Assembly (NCBI GenBank): GCA_001179505.1
Contig: CDMY01000592.1
Span: 186,001 to 250,000 of the forward strand
From: Vitrella brassicaformis CCMP3155
Lineage: Eukaryota; Protista; Chromerida
Reading direction: 5' to 3'
Length of the DNA: 64,000 nucleotides
Shown here: positions 31,272 through 43,016 of the stretch, one piece after another
Layout of the letters: each line of letters begins with the position of its first letter
Position numbering within the stretch: the stretch's first letter is position 1
Notes under the pieces: generated by a model
Seen by the model: the letters and a program-made list of their open reading frames with translations, nothing else
Databases searched by the model: none
What the model was told of the DNA's origin: nothing
Made by a program: the position numbers and the translations under genes

Positions 31272-34066
31272 ATGGCCATGGAGGAGAAGGAGAGCCGCAG
31301 TGCGGCCAGCGGGGCGTCGCCCGACAGCTCTCCCACCACGATGGTTAACGGAGGACCATCGGCAAGCGCCACGAAAAGCCGCGGGCAAAGGTCGACCCCC
31401 GCTGCACTGCTCTCCGTCGATGAGGCATTCGGTCCGTGTGAGACACAGACAGACAGACAGACAGGTAGGCAGACACTTTACAAAGCTGTGCAGAGACGGG
31501 CAAGGAAGTCCCTAAGGGAGAGTCGGCATCCATGTGTGTGTGTGTGGTTGTCAATCGATGATTTGTTCGTTCTGTTTAGGCCTGTGCAAGATCCTGTTCA
31601 GCAAGATGTCTGCGGCCAACGATGTCATCTCGTCGGGCTCTGGTGGAGCTTACGGAGAGGTAATATACCTGGAGCATTGCATGCTCATAATTCTGTCTGT
31701 CTGTCTGTCTGTCTGTCTCGCTGCATGCCTTTCAGAACAGAGCATCGTCTGTGCGTGCGCTTCTGGACATTGCACGGGATAAGTACTGCCTCACACAGGT
31801 GCGTTCGATTCACGAGCAAGGCGCTTGCTTATCCTGGGATGGTCACGATTGGTCCCTCGTACACACCCATCCATCCATCCATGCACATGGGCGTTGGTTG
31901 GATGCAGAACTCGGTGTTCTTGGACGTCGGCAGCGGGAGTGAGTGAGACATTAACAGCTTGACTGGCCGTCGATCTGTCGGTGGCCATGTTGCTCCATTG
32001 TGCCCATGCATATCTCCCTCCTCCCCGCCCCTCCCCTGCCCTGCGTCTGTGTTCCACTCATTGGCTAACGTATGCATGCAGGGGGCGTTCCATCCTTCGT
32101 GGCGAGCGCCTACACGCAACGCGGGGCATCCTTGGGGGTTGAAATCGATGAGAATGCCGCTACTCTGAGCCAGAAGAACCTCGTCCAGCTGTTAGAAGCC
32201 ATGTATGTATCTATGTATGCATGTATGTATGTATGTGGCGCAGGCAGGCAGGCAGGCAGGCAGGAACACACACTCACACTGAGGTCAACCAAAAAAAAAA
32301 CGCAGGCAGGTGTGATCCATCTGTGTGTCCTTGTTCGTGTGTGTGTGTGTGTGTGGTGTGTGGTGTGTGCAGGCAGCAGAGGCAGGTTGAGAGCGGCATT
32401 GATCCATATGAGCACGGTGGGTAAGCAAGGAGAAAGGAGAGAGACATGTATGTCTCCTGACGTCCTGGCTGCATCCTACCGGCTGTCGCAACACATACAA
32501 ACCAGTGTTTGCGTCTGTCTGTCTGTCTGTCTGCCTGCGTGTGGTATCTATCGGTTCTCTCCATCTGTCGATGCCGCGCAGCCCCTCCGCTGCACTGTGG
32601 ATTTCTCCATGCAGGTACGTAGGTACCTACGTGGGGGGAGGCAGGCACAGAGGGAGGCACTCGGACAAACGCCATGGGTGTGTGCCTGCCACAGATGCTT
32701 GTGACCTTGAGAGCTTTGACCCCGCCACACACGTCTATTCCTTTGATTTCGCCATGCCCGCCTTCATGATCGCCAGATTTGTCAAGCTCTTCAATTCCAG
32801 CCATACGGCCTTCATTTATATGTCATTTAGGAAAGGTGCGATCGACGCGACAGACAGTGCTGTGCTGTGCTAGCCAGAGATAGATACGCCCATGCGGTGG
32901 AGACAGGCCCTCGTGAATCTGGGTGTGTGTTGTGTGTCGCCGTCTGTCAGATTTGGTGAGTGTGCATGGTCTGCGAGGGTGCCTCATGGAGTCTTTGCAG
33001 CTCTCAATGGCAGGTCGGTCAGCCGGTCACTCCCTCCCTCCCCAACCAACACGCGATGGGGCACTGGTGGTGGATGAGAGAGACCGAGTGGGCGTGTGGG
33101 GTGGCGTCGGGTGTGATGTGGTGTGGTGTGCAGGTTCTGGCGAGAAGCATTTGTGTTACATATATGGGAAGGGTGCGAAGAGCAGCACGTCGGCCATCAA
33201 GCCCACCAACACCAAATACTCAGTCCCATACAGACTCCCACGCAGGTCAGGTCAACGCAACATGTCAGCCGCAGTGTAGATGGGTGGAGGGAGGGAGGGA
33301 TGGTCGATGGAGTTCATAGCATTACATGTGTGTGAAGGTCTGGTCCATCTCACCCCTCATGTATGCATGTACTGTACTGCACGTGTGTATTGTATGTGTC
33401 CATCCGTGTCGGTCGATCAACCACAACATACATATGCATGCATTGGTGTGCAACCATGTGTGTGTGTGTGTGTGTGTGTTTAGGAGTCGTCGTGAGGACA
33501 GGACCACGAGTGTGTGTCCGTCGCTGCAGTCGGTGGTGGACGCCACCTGGACTCCCACAGCTGAGCAGATAGAGCACGCCCGCACCGGCATCTTGGCCTG
33601 GGTGTACCACCATCCCCTCCGCCACTCACAGGAGAATAAGTACAAGAAGATGAAGGAGGAGGAAATGATCGACAAACACCGCCGCATGGAGCAGGAGATG
33701 GACGACAGCCACCCTCTCTCCAGCCCCTATAAAAAACACTCACACAAAGCAAAAAAGGACTCGGGCCGGTCTAAACACAGCCAGCAAGAGGTGGACAAAC
33801 CAGGCCACGCAGCGGAAGGGACGGAGAGGGAGGAGGAAAGGGGCGAGGGGGGCCAAGGGGATCGTGCACATGCAGATGCACACGAGGACGATGGACACAC
33901 CCCAGCCAGGAAGAAGGTAGGCACCGCACCGCACCGCACCGCACCGCACGCACCGGCGGGGGGGTGCACCACACCAGTGAGTAGCAGGGAGGGAGAGCAG
34001 CCACCCCACCCCACCACCAGCCTTCCTTTTACCGTCTGTTTCTGTGTGCAGCATCGCGGTCAGTGA
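31272..34066 (+). CDS. Class I SAM-dependent methyltransferase, DOT1-like, with a charged low-complexity C-terminal tail
   Basis: Spliced AYGE|NRASSVRALLDIARDKYCLTQ|NSVFLDVGSG|RGVPSFVASAYTQRGASLGVEID has the YGE-(F)DxGSGxG-GVE order and spacing of DOT1. Later DPATHVYSFD and GSGEKHLCYIY. One internal junction (about 32.4-32.7 kb) is unresolved. Confidence 0.65.
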
Positions 34067-34723
34067 GTGACGCCATCCATCCCCTGACAGACAGATGGAC
34101 GGACAGACGGCCTATGCTATGTATGTCAAACAATCAGTCCCCATGTGCCGTCGGTCCTATGTGTGGACCGGGCCCCTCACTCACTCACTCACACAGGCAC
34201 ACAGGAAGGCAACCGGGCAGGCAGGCAGACACCATCAGTGTACACGTCGGATTGCACCGACCCGATGCACCCACAAACCCATCACACACACCACACACCA
34301 TAGGTATTGCATGCAACATGAAGCAGACAGACCATGGAATGGGATAAAAAGAGCGCACGTCAGGGAGGGCATCAGTGAAGTCACGCGTGCATCGCCCTCC
34401 CACCCGTCACTCACTCACTCACTCACTCACATAGTAAGTAGCAGCCAGTGCCTACAATCAACCCCACCATCCATCCACCCACCCGCCCGGCCGGCGACCT
34501 ACCTAGGTACCTACACAGCCGGGCACACACACGGCACATACGACACAAAAACTACCAGCCTGCCCTGCCCTGCCCCGCCCTGCCCAGGCTGACTTGACTC
34601 TCTTTCCCCACCCCCCCCACGTCCCCTCGCCTCCCCTCCCACCGCCCAGCCCCCGTGTGTATGGATGGGTATGTGTATGTGCATGTGGGGGGAGGCAGAA
34701 AGATAGGCAGACAGTCAGACGGA

Positions 34724-36278
34724 TCAGAGTTCGTCGTGGTATGTGCTGCCAGCGCCCTTTTGGGGTTTGCCGAGAGCCCACATTTGTGATATCTTGCCGG
34801 CGTCATCGAAGGTTGTGACGACCAGGTGGTTCTCAATCGACAGGCTCTTGTCGGGCTTCATCAGGTGAAACGCCTGCTTGTGCACCACAGTCTTCAAATC
34901 AGAACCAACCTGCATGCACCGCACCACCACATAGTCACACACACATTCGATTCCCTACACTTGCAATGCTGGTTGCCTGGCCCGAAGTGGCTCTAGTGCG
35001 CGGGAGTGTGTCTGTGTGTGTGTGTTTGTGTATGTGTGTGGTACCGTACCAGCAGCAAGGTGGGAGCGCTTGCGAACCGTCGCGTGTCCTTGTGCTCAGC
35101 ATACTTCTTGTAGAAGGCAATGTGCTCAGCGTGACCTGACACATCCATACAAACAAACATGGCCGTGCGCATCCATCCATCCGTCGATTCCCCGGCCCGG
35201 TGTCATCTGTCTGTCTGGTGGGTGACCTTTGATGGGGGCTGATGACCAGTAGGTGTGAGTGACGGCGTCGGCTGCGAAGAACTCGGGCACGAAAGTCTCA
35301 GGCGAGGTGATGTTGAAGTGCAGGGCGTCGAAGAACTTGCCCATGCGGCTCATCTGCAGCTTCTTCATCGCCGTCTCCTGCGGTAGGTACACGAGGGCAC
35401 ATGGGTTCGTACACACACACACGGATGGATGGATGGATGGATGTCTTGTGGTGTGGTGGATGGACTGACTGGTTGGCTGACCGTTTCGGTGGCGGATGGT
35501 TTCTCGAAGGAGTATTTGCAGAGGGCCTGGTCGATCATTTCTGTCTTGCTGGTCATGATGACCGACTTCATCGACTCGATAGTCGGCTTGTCCTCGTCCG
35601 TCAGACGCATCAACCGAAGCATGTACCACGTCGCCGGACACGGCAGCTGCGTACCCTGTGATGATGGCATGGGATGGGATGGAACCGAACACACCAGCCA
35701 ACCAAGGCTCGGCACACATACATACAAGAGGCTCAGCCAGATGGTAAACCACAGCCTGTACGTGTGGTGTGTGTACGTACCTTGGCGACATAGATCTGCA
35801 GGTGGCCGACGGTTCTGAAGTCGCTGAGGAAGAAAAAGTCACTGTCCCGCGCAATGGCGACGCTCTCCATCTGCTCGTAGCGCGGCGACAGGACGCTCTT
35901 CCAGAAGGCCTTGCCCTTTCCCCGGTGCGTCACATCGCCGTCCGTGTACTCGATCTCTGATTTGTCCGTCACGCGAGTTAGCACCGCCTCCATCGCTTCC
36001 ATGGGCGTCTTGCGGCTGTTGAAATCCACCAGCAGCTCTGATGGAATAATGAGTGAGTGAGTCCATACACACATAGCATACACACAGCAAACACGCAAAC
36101 CGCAGGATAAGCAAGCGACACGACGGAAGCCGCCATCCCCCTCTGTGTGCGCGTGTGTCTGTCAGTCAGTCCCCCGCTCACCGTCGTGCCATGCAGCCGC
36201 CGCCTGGGGCGTCAGGGCCTGGCTGCCCACCACCACACATGCCACCACCACCAATACAGATGCGAAGCGGGACGCCAT
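34724..36278 (-). CDS. Signal-peptide protein with probable tandem SnoaL/NTF2-like domains ending in HDEL
   Basis: First exon MASRFASVLVVVACVVVGSQALTPQAAAAWHD. FVPEFFAADAVTHTYWSSAPIKG and LVVTTFDDAGKISQMW resemble SnoaL-like patterns. The stop follows ...STYHDEL. Confidence 0.7.
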
Positions 36279-36422
36279 TCTTCGGGATTGCAGGCACCTT
36301 CCTCACTCACACTCGACCTTCGGAGGTGAATGCAGCTGCAAAAAAGCCACGGAAGACGGAGATCTCTCAGGCCTTTCTGCAAGCTTAGCTCGCAATGGCG
36401 CAAAGGGTTTGATGCCAGCAGC
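36279..36422. promoter_or_regulatory. Probable bidirectional promoter between the HDEL protein gene (-) and OPRT (+)
   Basis: Divergent ATGs 144 bp apart. Positional inference only. Confidence 0.4.
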
Positions 36423-37169
36423 ATGGACAAGGCTGAGAAGAGGAGTGCAGAGGACGGGTTGGTGGAGTATCGGAGGTCGTTCATCGAGTTTGCCCTTGCG
36501 CAAGGTGTGTTGCGGTTCGGTGACTTCACGGCCAAGTCGGGTCGGCAGACGCCTTATTTCTTCGACGCTGGTCGGTTCAACACGGGTCATGCGCTGACGT
36601 GCCTGGGGCGTGCGTACGCCGAGACGATAGTTGCCTCGGGCGTCGAGTACGATGTGCTGTTCGGCCCCGCCTACAAGGGCATCCCGCTGGTGTGCAGTGC
36701 GGCCATGGCGCTACACACACACCACAGCCGACCCTCGCCCTACGCCTTCAACCGGAAGGAGGCCAAGGACCACGGTGAGGGCGGCATGATTGTGGGGACC
36801 CCCCTGCAGCGCGGTATGCGGGTACTCATCGTCGACGACGTCATGACGGCCGGGACGGCGGTGCGCGAGTCGATGGACATCATCAAGCGGGCGGGCTGCC
36901 ACCTGGCAGGTGTGGTCATTGCCCTCGACAGACAGGAGAGGGGCAAGGCGGAGGCGGAGGGAGAGGCCGAAAGGGGCGGGGCGGCACCACAGTCGGCCGT
37001 GCAGGAGGTGGCGGGACAGTATGGTGTGCCCGTCTTGAGCATCATCACCCTGCAGCACCTCATTACATACCTGGACGAGTCCGTGTCGCGCAAGGACGAG
37101 GGCTACGAGGACCTCGACAAGACACTCAACCGCATCAGGCAATACCTCGACAAATACGGCGTCGTGTAA
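36423..37169 (+). CDS. pyrE: Orotate phosphoribosyltransferase (PyrE/URA5 type), intronless, 248 aa
   Basis: [54 protein letters not shown] motif [20 protein letters not shown]. Confidence 0.98.
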   Translation: MDKAEKRSAEDGLVEYRRSFIEFALAQGVLRFGDFTAKSGRQTPYFFDAGRFNTGHALTCLGRAYAETIVASGVEYDVLFGPAYKGIPLVCSAAMALHTHHSRPSPYAFNRKEAKDHGEGGMIVGTPLQRGMRVLIVDDVMTAGTAVRESMDIIKRAGCHLAGVVIALDRQERGKAEAEGEAERGGAAPQSAVQEVAGQYGVPVLSIITLQHLITYLDESVSRKDEGYEDLDKTLNRIRQYLDKYGVV

Positions 37170-37624
37170 CCAACGCAGGCAGGCAGGCAGGCGATCGAAT
37201 CAATGAAAATGGACGCCATTGACTGGGGATGGGATGGGCGATTGGTTATGAGGGGGTCCTGTCCGCCGCTTCTATCTACCACAGTACATACCTCAATCAG
37301 GTGTCCGCCAGAACAGAGAGAGAGCTTGTGTCTGTCCGGTGTGCGTGTTGGTGGTTGGCACATAGGTAGGCAGGTAGGTAGGTAGGTAGGTAGATGTCAG
37401 TCGGATCCACTAACATATTTGTAGCTGCGACTCCATCTTCCCATTGCAATGACTGCCCGTGTGTACGACACTATCGCGAATATTCATGTGAGTGAGCCAT
37501 GTGAGTGAGCATGGACGTCACGTCATGCCCAATTAAGTCGTGGTCTGTCCTCCGGTGCATGGCATCAAAAGACCCTGAACCACTGGCGCGAAACGGAAAT
37601 TCGGCCCGGGGGCAGGGAAGAAAG

Positions 37625-40600
37625 ATGGAGAGTTCCGACGCAGCGGAGCCTGAGAGGACCTTCAAGACAGACCTGTAGCCACATTCAGACACAGATCTTC
37701 ATCCCTTCTCAACGTGTTGCCTTTCGTGTGCACGTGTGGTGTGTGTCTGTGTCCACAGTTGGGATGGGTTTGAGTGTGTGTGCAAGAAGGTTGAGTCGGG
37801 TCGGCGGCTGTGCGAGACGTTCCTGACCATCATGCGCGACAGGATGGCCCTCGAGGACACATACGCGGCCGGCATGGAGAGACTCGCTGCCAAGTGCCCC
37901 AAACACATCAATGAGGGCAGGTCAGTCAGTCAGTCAGTGACTGCTGTGCTGCCCACACACACGTCTGCACAGCAGCCACGGCAGACACACAGACACCACA
38001 GACAGACAGACAGACAGGGAAGAAGCCGAGACCTGTATGTATGTATGTCATTCAATGATGTGTGTGGTTCTATGGTTGGTGTGAGTGCAGCACTGTGCTC
38101 CGTGCTATTGGGTGTTTCCGCAACGAGGCCATCCGAAAGTAAGTAGGGGGAAGCAACCAAAACAGACAGGGAGGCAAACAAGCGGGATGGATGGATGCCA
38201 GGCGGCGGTGTTGTGTGTGTATGTGTCAGGGCCGAGCAGAGCCGTGAGTTGGCAGAGGGCATTCGGGATGATATAGTGCAGCAGCTGCAGGAAACTGTCA
38301 AGAACCACCAAACCGTATTCAAGAAGGTGACCGACTGACGCACACACAGGCAGTGCAGTGCATTCACAGCATACACAGCTGGGCGTGTGCATATCTGTGT
38401 ATGTGTTCATGTAGATCTACAGCGATGGGGTCAAGTTCATCAAGCTCATGAACGGACACATACAAACACACGAACGGGTGAGCATCAGCATAGCGGGAAG
38501 GGGGTGTGGGGGTGTGGGTGTCAAGGCGACGGAGGGAGGCCAAGCCAGGCAGGCAGGCAGGCACATCGATAGACACATGTATGGATGGATGGATGTATGT
38601 ACACACACACGTGTCGTGTGGTGTGGTGTCTGTCTGTCTGTCTGTCTGTCTGTCCTTGTGTGTGTGTGCCAGGCAATGCTGCGTTACGAGAAGACCTGCA
38701 GGGAGGCAGACGCTACCTGCATGGTAGGGATGGATGGTTGGTACACACAGGCACACACACACATCCGTCCTTGGACAACACCTGCTTCCCTGCCCTGCCT
38801 CCCTCCCCCCCACCCTCCCTGCCTGCCTCCGTCCCATGTCTGTCTGTCTGTCTGTCTGTCCAGAATGCGCAGGCTAGTGACCGCTCACCGCCGCCCCTCA
38901 AGACCAAACTGGCCATCAAGTCAGTCAGACACACAGACAGACAGACAGACAGACGGACAGCCACCGGTGTTTTGTGAGTGCCCCATCGCTCACTCCCTCC
39001 CTCCCTCGTCATGGCAGGGCACTGCAGCTGTGCAAGGAGGCCCAGATAGCAGAGGAGCAGTATAGACATGCCCTCGACGTACACACACACACACACACCC
39101 CACATACACACATACGTACGTACGCGGATGGCCTCTGCGTCTGTGTGGGTGTCTGATAGGCGCTCAACAACGGCCGTCGGACGTTCCGCCACCAAATGGT
39201 CAGTCAACGAGGGAGGGAGGGAGGGAGGGACAGAGAGAGAGGGAGGCGGCCGGCTACGGTGTCTGTCTGGACGAACGATGTCATTCACGTTGACGACGCC
39301 TGTGACTGTGTTCCTGTTGTGTTGTATGGTATGCAGACTGTGGTGCTTGACGCGCTGCAAGATATGGAGGAGAAGCGCATCCAGTGCTTCAAAGACGCAC
39401 TCAGGAAACTCATGGTAGCAGGCACACGCACACAGAAGGCACATAGCGTGACTGACCACTGGTCATCGATTTGGCGCGCGCATTTGTCGATATCAGGTGT
39501 ACCAGACGTCTTACGTCCGCAATATCCAATACGACCTCGACATCACCATAGAGGTCACCACAACCACCATGTTGTGTGTTGTGACCTTTTCCTCCCTCCC
39601 TCCCTCCCTCCCTGTCTGTTTGTCTGTATTTGTCTGTCAGGGTGTGGAGGCGATCGACCCCCGTGCAGAGATCTGTGAGTACATCGACAAAGTGGCCAGC
39701 GGCAGGCAGCCGCCACACGACAGCAACATGGTATGGTATAGACGGACGGACGGACCCACACAAACAGGACGGCGGAAATAGATTTCAGGTGCCCATGTGT
39801 CTGTGTCTGTGTGTGTGTGTGTGTGTGTGCAGCTGCCGTGGCCGGTCATCACCGAGTGGCGTGTCCGCAAGGCGGGTGGTGATTTGCTGGCGGCCGGTGT
39901 GGCGCCCTCCACCCTCCCATCGTCCATGAAGCACCTGCTGGCCCCTCCTGTGCCATCCCCACCCATACCCACGACGACCACACCACCAGTGGGCACACAG
40001 ACCCCCGCGGTGGACCCCCACACCACACAAACAGATGCCAATGCCGCACCCGATGCCGCCAGTGAGGCATTCAGCGACCTGGCCGACCCCGCCACCAAAC
40101 CCAAGCCAGCAGAGGAGGGGGACGAGCCGCAAGATCAGCAGCAGCAGCCGCGGCAGCATCCCCAGGACCCCGCGGTCGACCACTCGACTGCGTGTGACGA
40201 CTCAGCGGCCGTCAGTGCGGAAGCCGACTCGCATCATGGGGCGGGTGAGAGCGGGGCCGGTAGGGAGGATGGTGGTGGCATTAGTAGCGCATCGCCTGCC
40301 CCTCCGCCCCCGCCGCCGGCCAGTGAGGTGCCCAACCATGTGGCAGTGCCGCCACCGCCACCCCCTCGACCACAACAGGGGGCACCTGCCGCCGCCGCTG
40401 CTGCTGTCGGTGGTGTTGAGCGTCCGTCGGTGTTTCCGGCCAACTTCAACCCTGCCGCCACGGCCAACATGCTCAGACACATCACCAGGTGGGCAGACAG
40501 ACAGGGAGACAGGGAGGCCGAGTGGCATATGTGTCCTGCGTCAGGACCACTGGATTGGACAGGCTGGCCGATTCAGCTGCAGCACTGGTACACACTCATA

Positions 40601-42577
40601 CACACACACAGTCTCTCTGGTTTGTTGATTGAAGCAGTGGGTTGTGTGTTGAATGTGTGTGTTGTGGTGTGTTGTGATGTGCCAGGGCGGTGGTGTGGGT
40701 CGTGTTGGTGGTGTGCAGCAGGGTGAGGGGGCCGTAGAGACCATCCCGGACACACTCATCATGGACACAGAAATACAATACAACGCGTAAGTAACCTAAC
40801 CTGCCAATCACACATACATAAGCTCGAGACACCACACCTATGTGCTGATTGCCAGTCATCTGTCCGTGTGCATACCTACCTGTGTGTATGTCAGTGTGGT
40901 GGACTCGATATGGGCTGACAAGGGCATGACAGTGGTGGGGTTGCGGCCTGACCGACTGGTCAACGACCTCCAGTCGGCACTCAAGCGGGCCCTGCTCATC
41001 ACAGCCATCAGCAAGAAACGAATCGACAAGAAATTCCAACTCCCATCCAGGTGGGTGGGCCCGATGAATAGGGGCTTTGTTGCCGATAGATACACATCTA
41101 CCCATCACTCCAGCCATCCGTTTGCTGCTGGTGGTGTGTGTGTGTGTGTTTAGGATAGCGTTGAAGGAGTTGGCCATGGTGTGTCAGCCGTTGCTGGACT
41201 GGAGCGACCGCCAGTTTGACGTGGCCTGCGGCCGCACACTCATGGTCCTCTCACAGTTCTTCTACTGCATCGACCAACCCACTCCAGAATCAACACACTC
41301 ACAACACACTCCTGAGGCCGGGGAGGTGGACGGCCTTCCTGACAGCGACAAGGGTGCGGATGCTGGTGGGGAGGACAAGGGCGAGAGTGCAGGGGAACCG
41401 TCAGCCAGCACCAGCACCAGCAGCAGCGGTGTGTCGTCCCCTGAGGTCGACAAGGGCGGCGAGCAGCCACGGAAGGTCTTCCTACAGGTCCATCAGCCAC
41501 ACAGCGACACTTGCTCACTTGAGGTGTCTGTAATTAATGTGTCTTTAATGTGTGTGTGTGTGTGGGTGGGTAGACGTTGTTGTATCACCATGGTTTGTGG
41601 AACCGGGTGCAGTTTTGGGAGGAGGCTCTCGTGCTCTTCCTCAGCGAAGAAATGCAAAAAAACATGGTCGGTGGGTCGGTGGGTCGGTCACCCTGCACAC
41701 AATAAAGCACCGCACCGCACCGCACCGCACACACACGGCAGGCAGGCAGGCAGGCAGAGAGGGAAGTGTGACTGACTGACTGACTGGTGGGGTAGTCAAT
41801 CCACTTGTGGGTGTGTGTGGGTGTGGGTGTGGTGGCCTGTGTGTGTACATGTATGTGCAGTTGAGCCGTCGTTGGCGCACGAGGACTTCAGAGGAGCGTG
41901 AGTTGGAGGACAAGAACTTCAGGGACCACAACCCATGCGCAGGCATGCTCTACTCATTCGGTGGGTAACCACAACACACACCGCTGCAGTGCATGGATTG
42001 CATCAGGACTGGTTTGGTTCCTTCCATTTTTCCTTCCAACCTGGGTCGGTTGGGTTATTTGGTTCCTTTGTTTGTTTGTTTGTTTGTTTGTTTGTTGATT
42101 CCTTGGTTGGTTCAGGCAAGAGCATGGTGTCGTTTGGTATCGGTCGGCCGGCGGTGCGTGACCTCATCACCAAAGTCTGCCTCAACTACGACGTCGCACC
42201 CGAAGTCCTCACCAAACTACTGGTCAGTCAGCCACCCCACCCCACCCCACACACAGCCAACTCAACCTCAGCTGGATGTCAGTCAATGTGTGTGTCTGGG
42301 CGTCTCAATGTGTGTCTGTCGTGGCCGGGCCGGGTGCGGTGTGCAGGAGGGGTTGGAGGATGTTGTGGTGCCGGCTGACAGCGTGCCCAAGACCATGAGC
42401 GGGCAGCCCTCCGACATGGCCCCCAAGCCGGCCGATGCAGGAGATGTAACAGCCATGGGGGAGGAGCAGGGCACCTCCACACAGCAAACTACTGAGAATC
42501 ATGATCTTGTGACACTAGAGGAGGCTGAGGGGCAACTCTCACTCTCCGCCTCAGACTCACATGTCTTCGAGGCGTAG
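37625..42577 (+). CDS. F-BAR/FCH-domain protein with Pro-rich linker and C-terminal SBF1/SBF2-like domain
   Basis: FKTDL|WDGFECVCKKVESGRRLCETFLTIMRDRMALEDTYAAGMERLA (FCH pattern) and helical exons to about 39.7 kb. C-terminal GRTLMVLSQFFY and LYHHGLWNRVQFWEEAL (SBF2-like HxxWxxxxFWE). Confidence 0.7.
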
Positions 42578-43016
42578 ACTCACATACAGTGCACACGCTA
42601 GCGTGGCGTAGTGTGCGTGCGGTGGCTGGCAGAGCAGAGCAGACACACTGAGTGGTTTAATTGATTGACCCAGACACTCGCTTAGTTTACTTACATGCAG
42701 ATGAGATGTAGCACTTGCGTAGCTGGCTAGTGTGTGCGTCGGGTCGGGGGGAGCAGACGGGTGGTTTGTGTGTGACCACTGAAGTAGTGTCCTTCACGCA
42801 CAATCAGCAAGTCCTCAGACATGCACAGACCCTTGGCACAGACACATTCTCAGATGTGGATCCCGAAGTGGATTATTTGCTTTGGTCATGCGTCCGGTGT
42901 TGGGTAATCACACTTCGCAGCCATATGTAAGCAAATAGCATATGCAAACTCGCGAATGCGATGGAAAAAATCTGTAGCACTCTGAAGCAAAGCTCGCATA
43001 TCGATCGACTCTAAAG

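Noticed and set aside
34067-34723. Intergenic stretch with several short ORFs
   Set aside because: Convergent 3' UTR region made of microsatellites; the ORFs are repeat translations.
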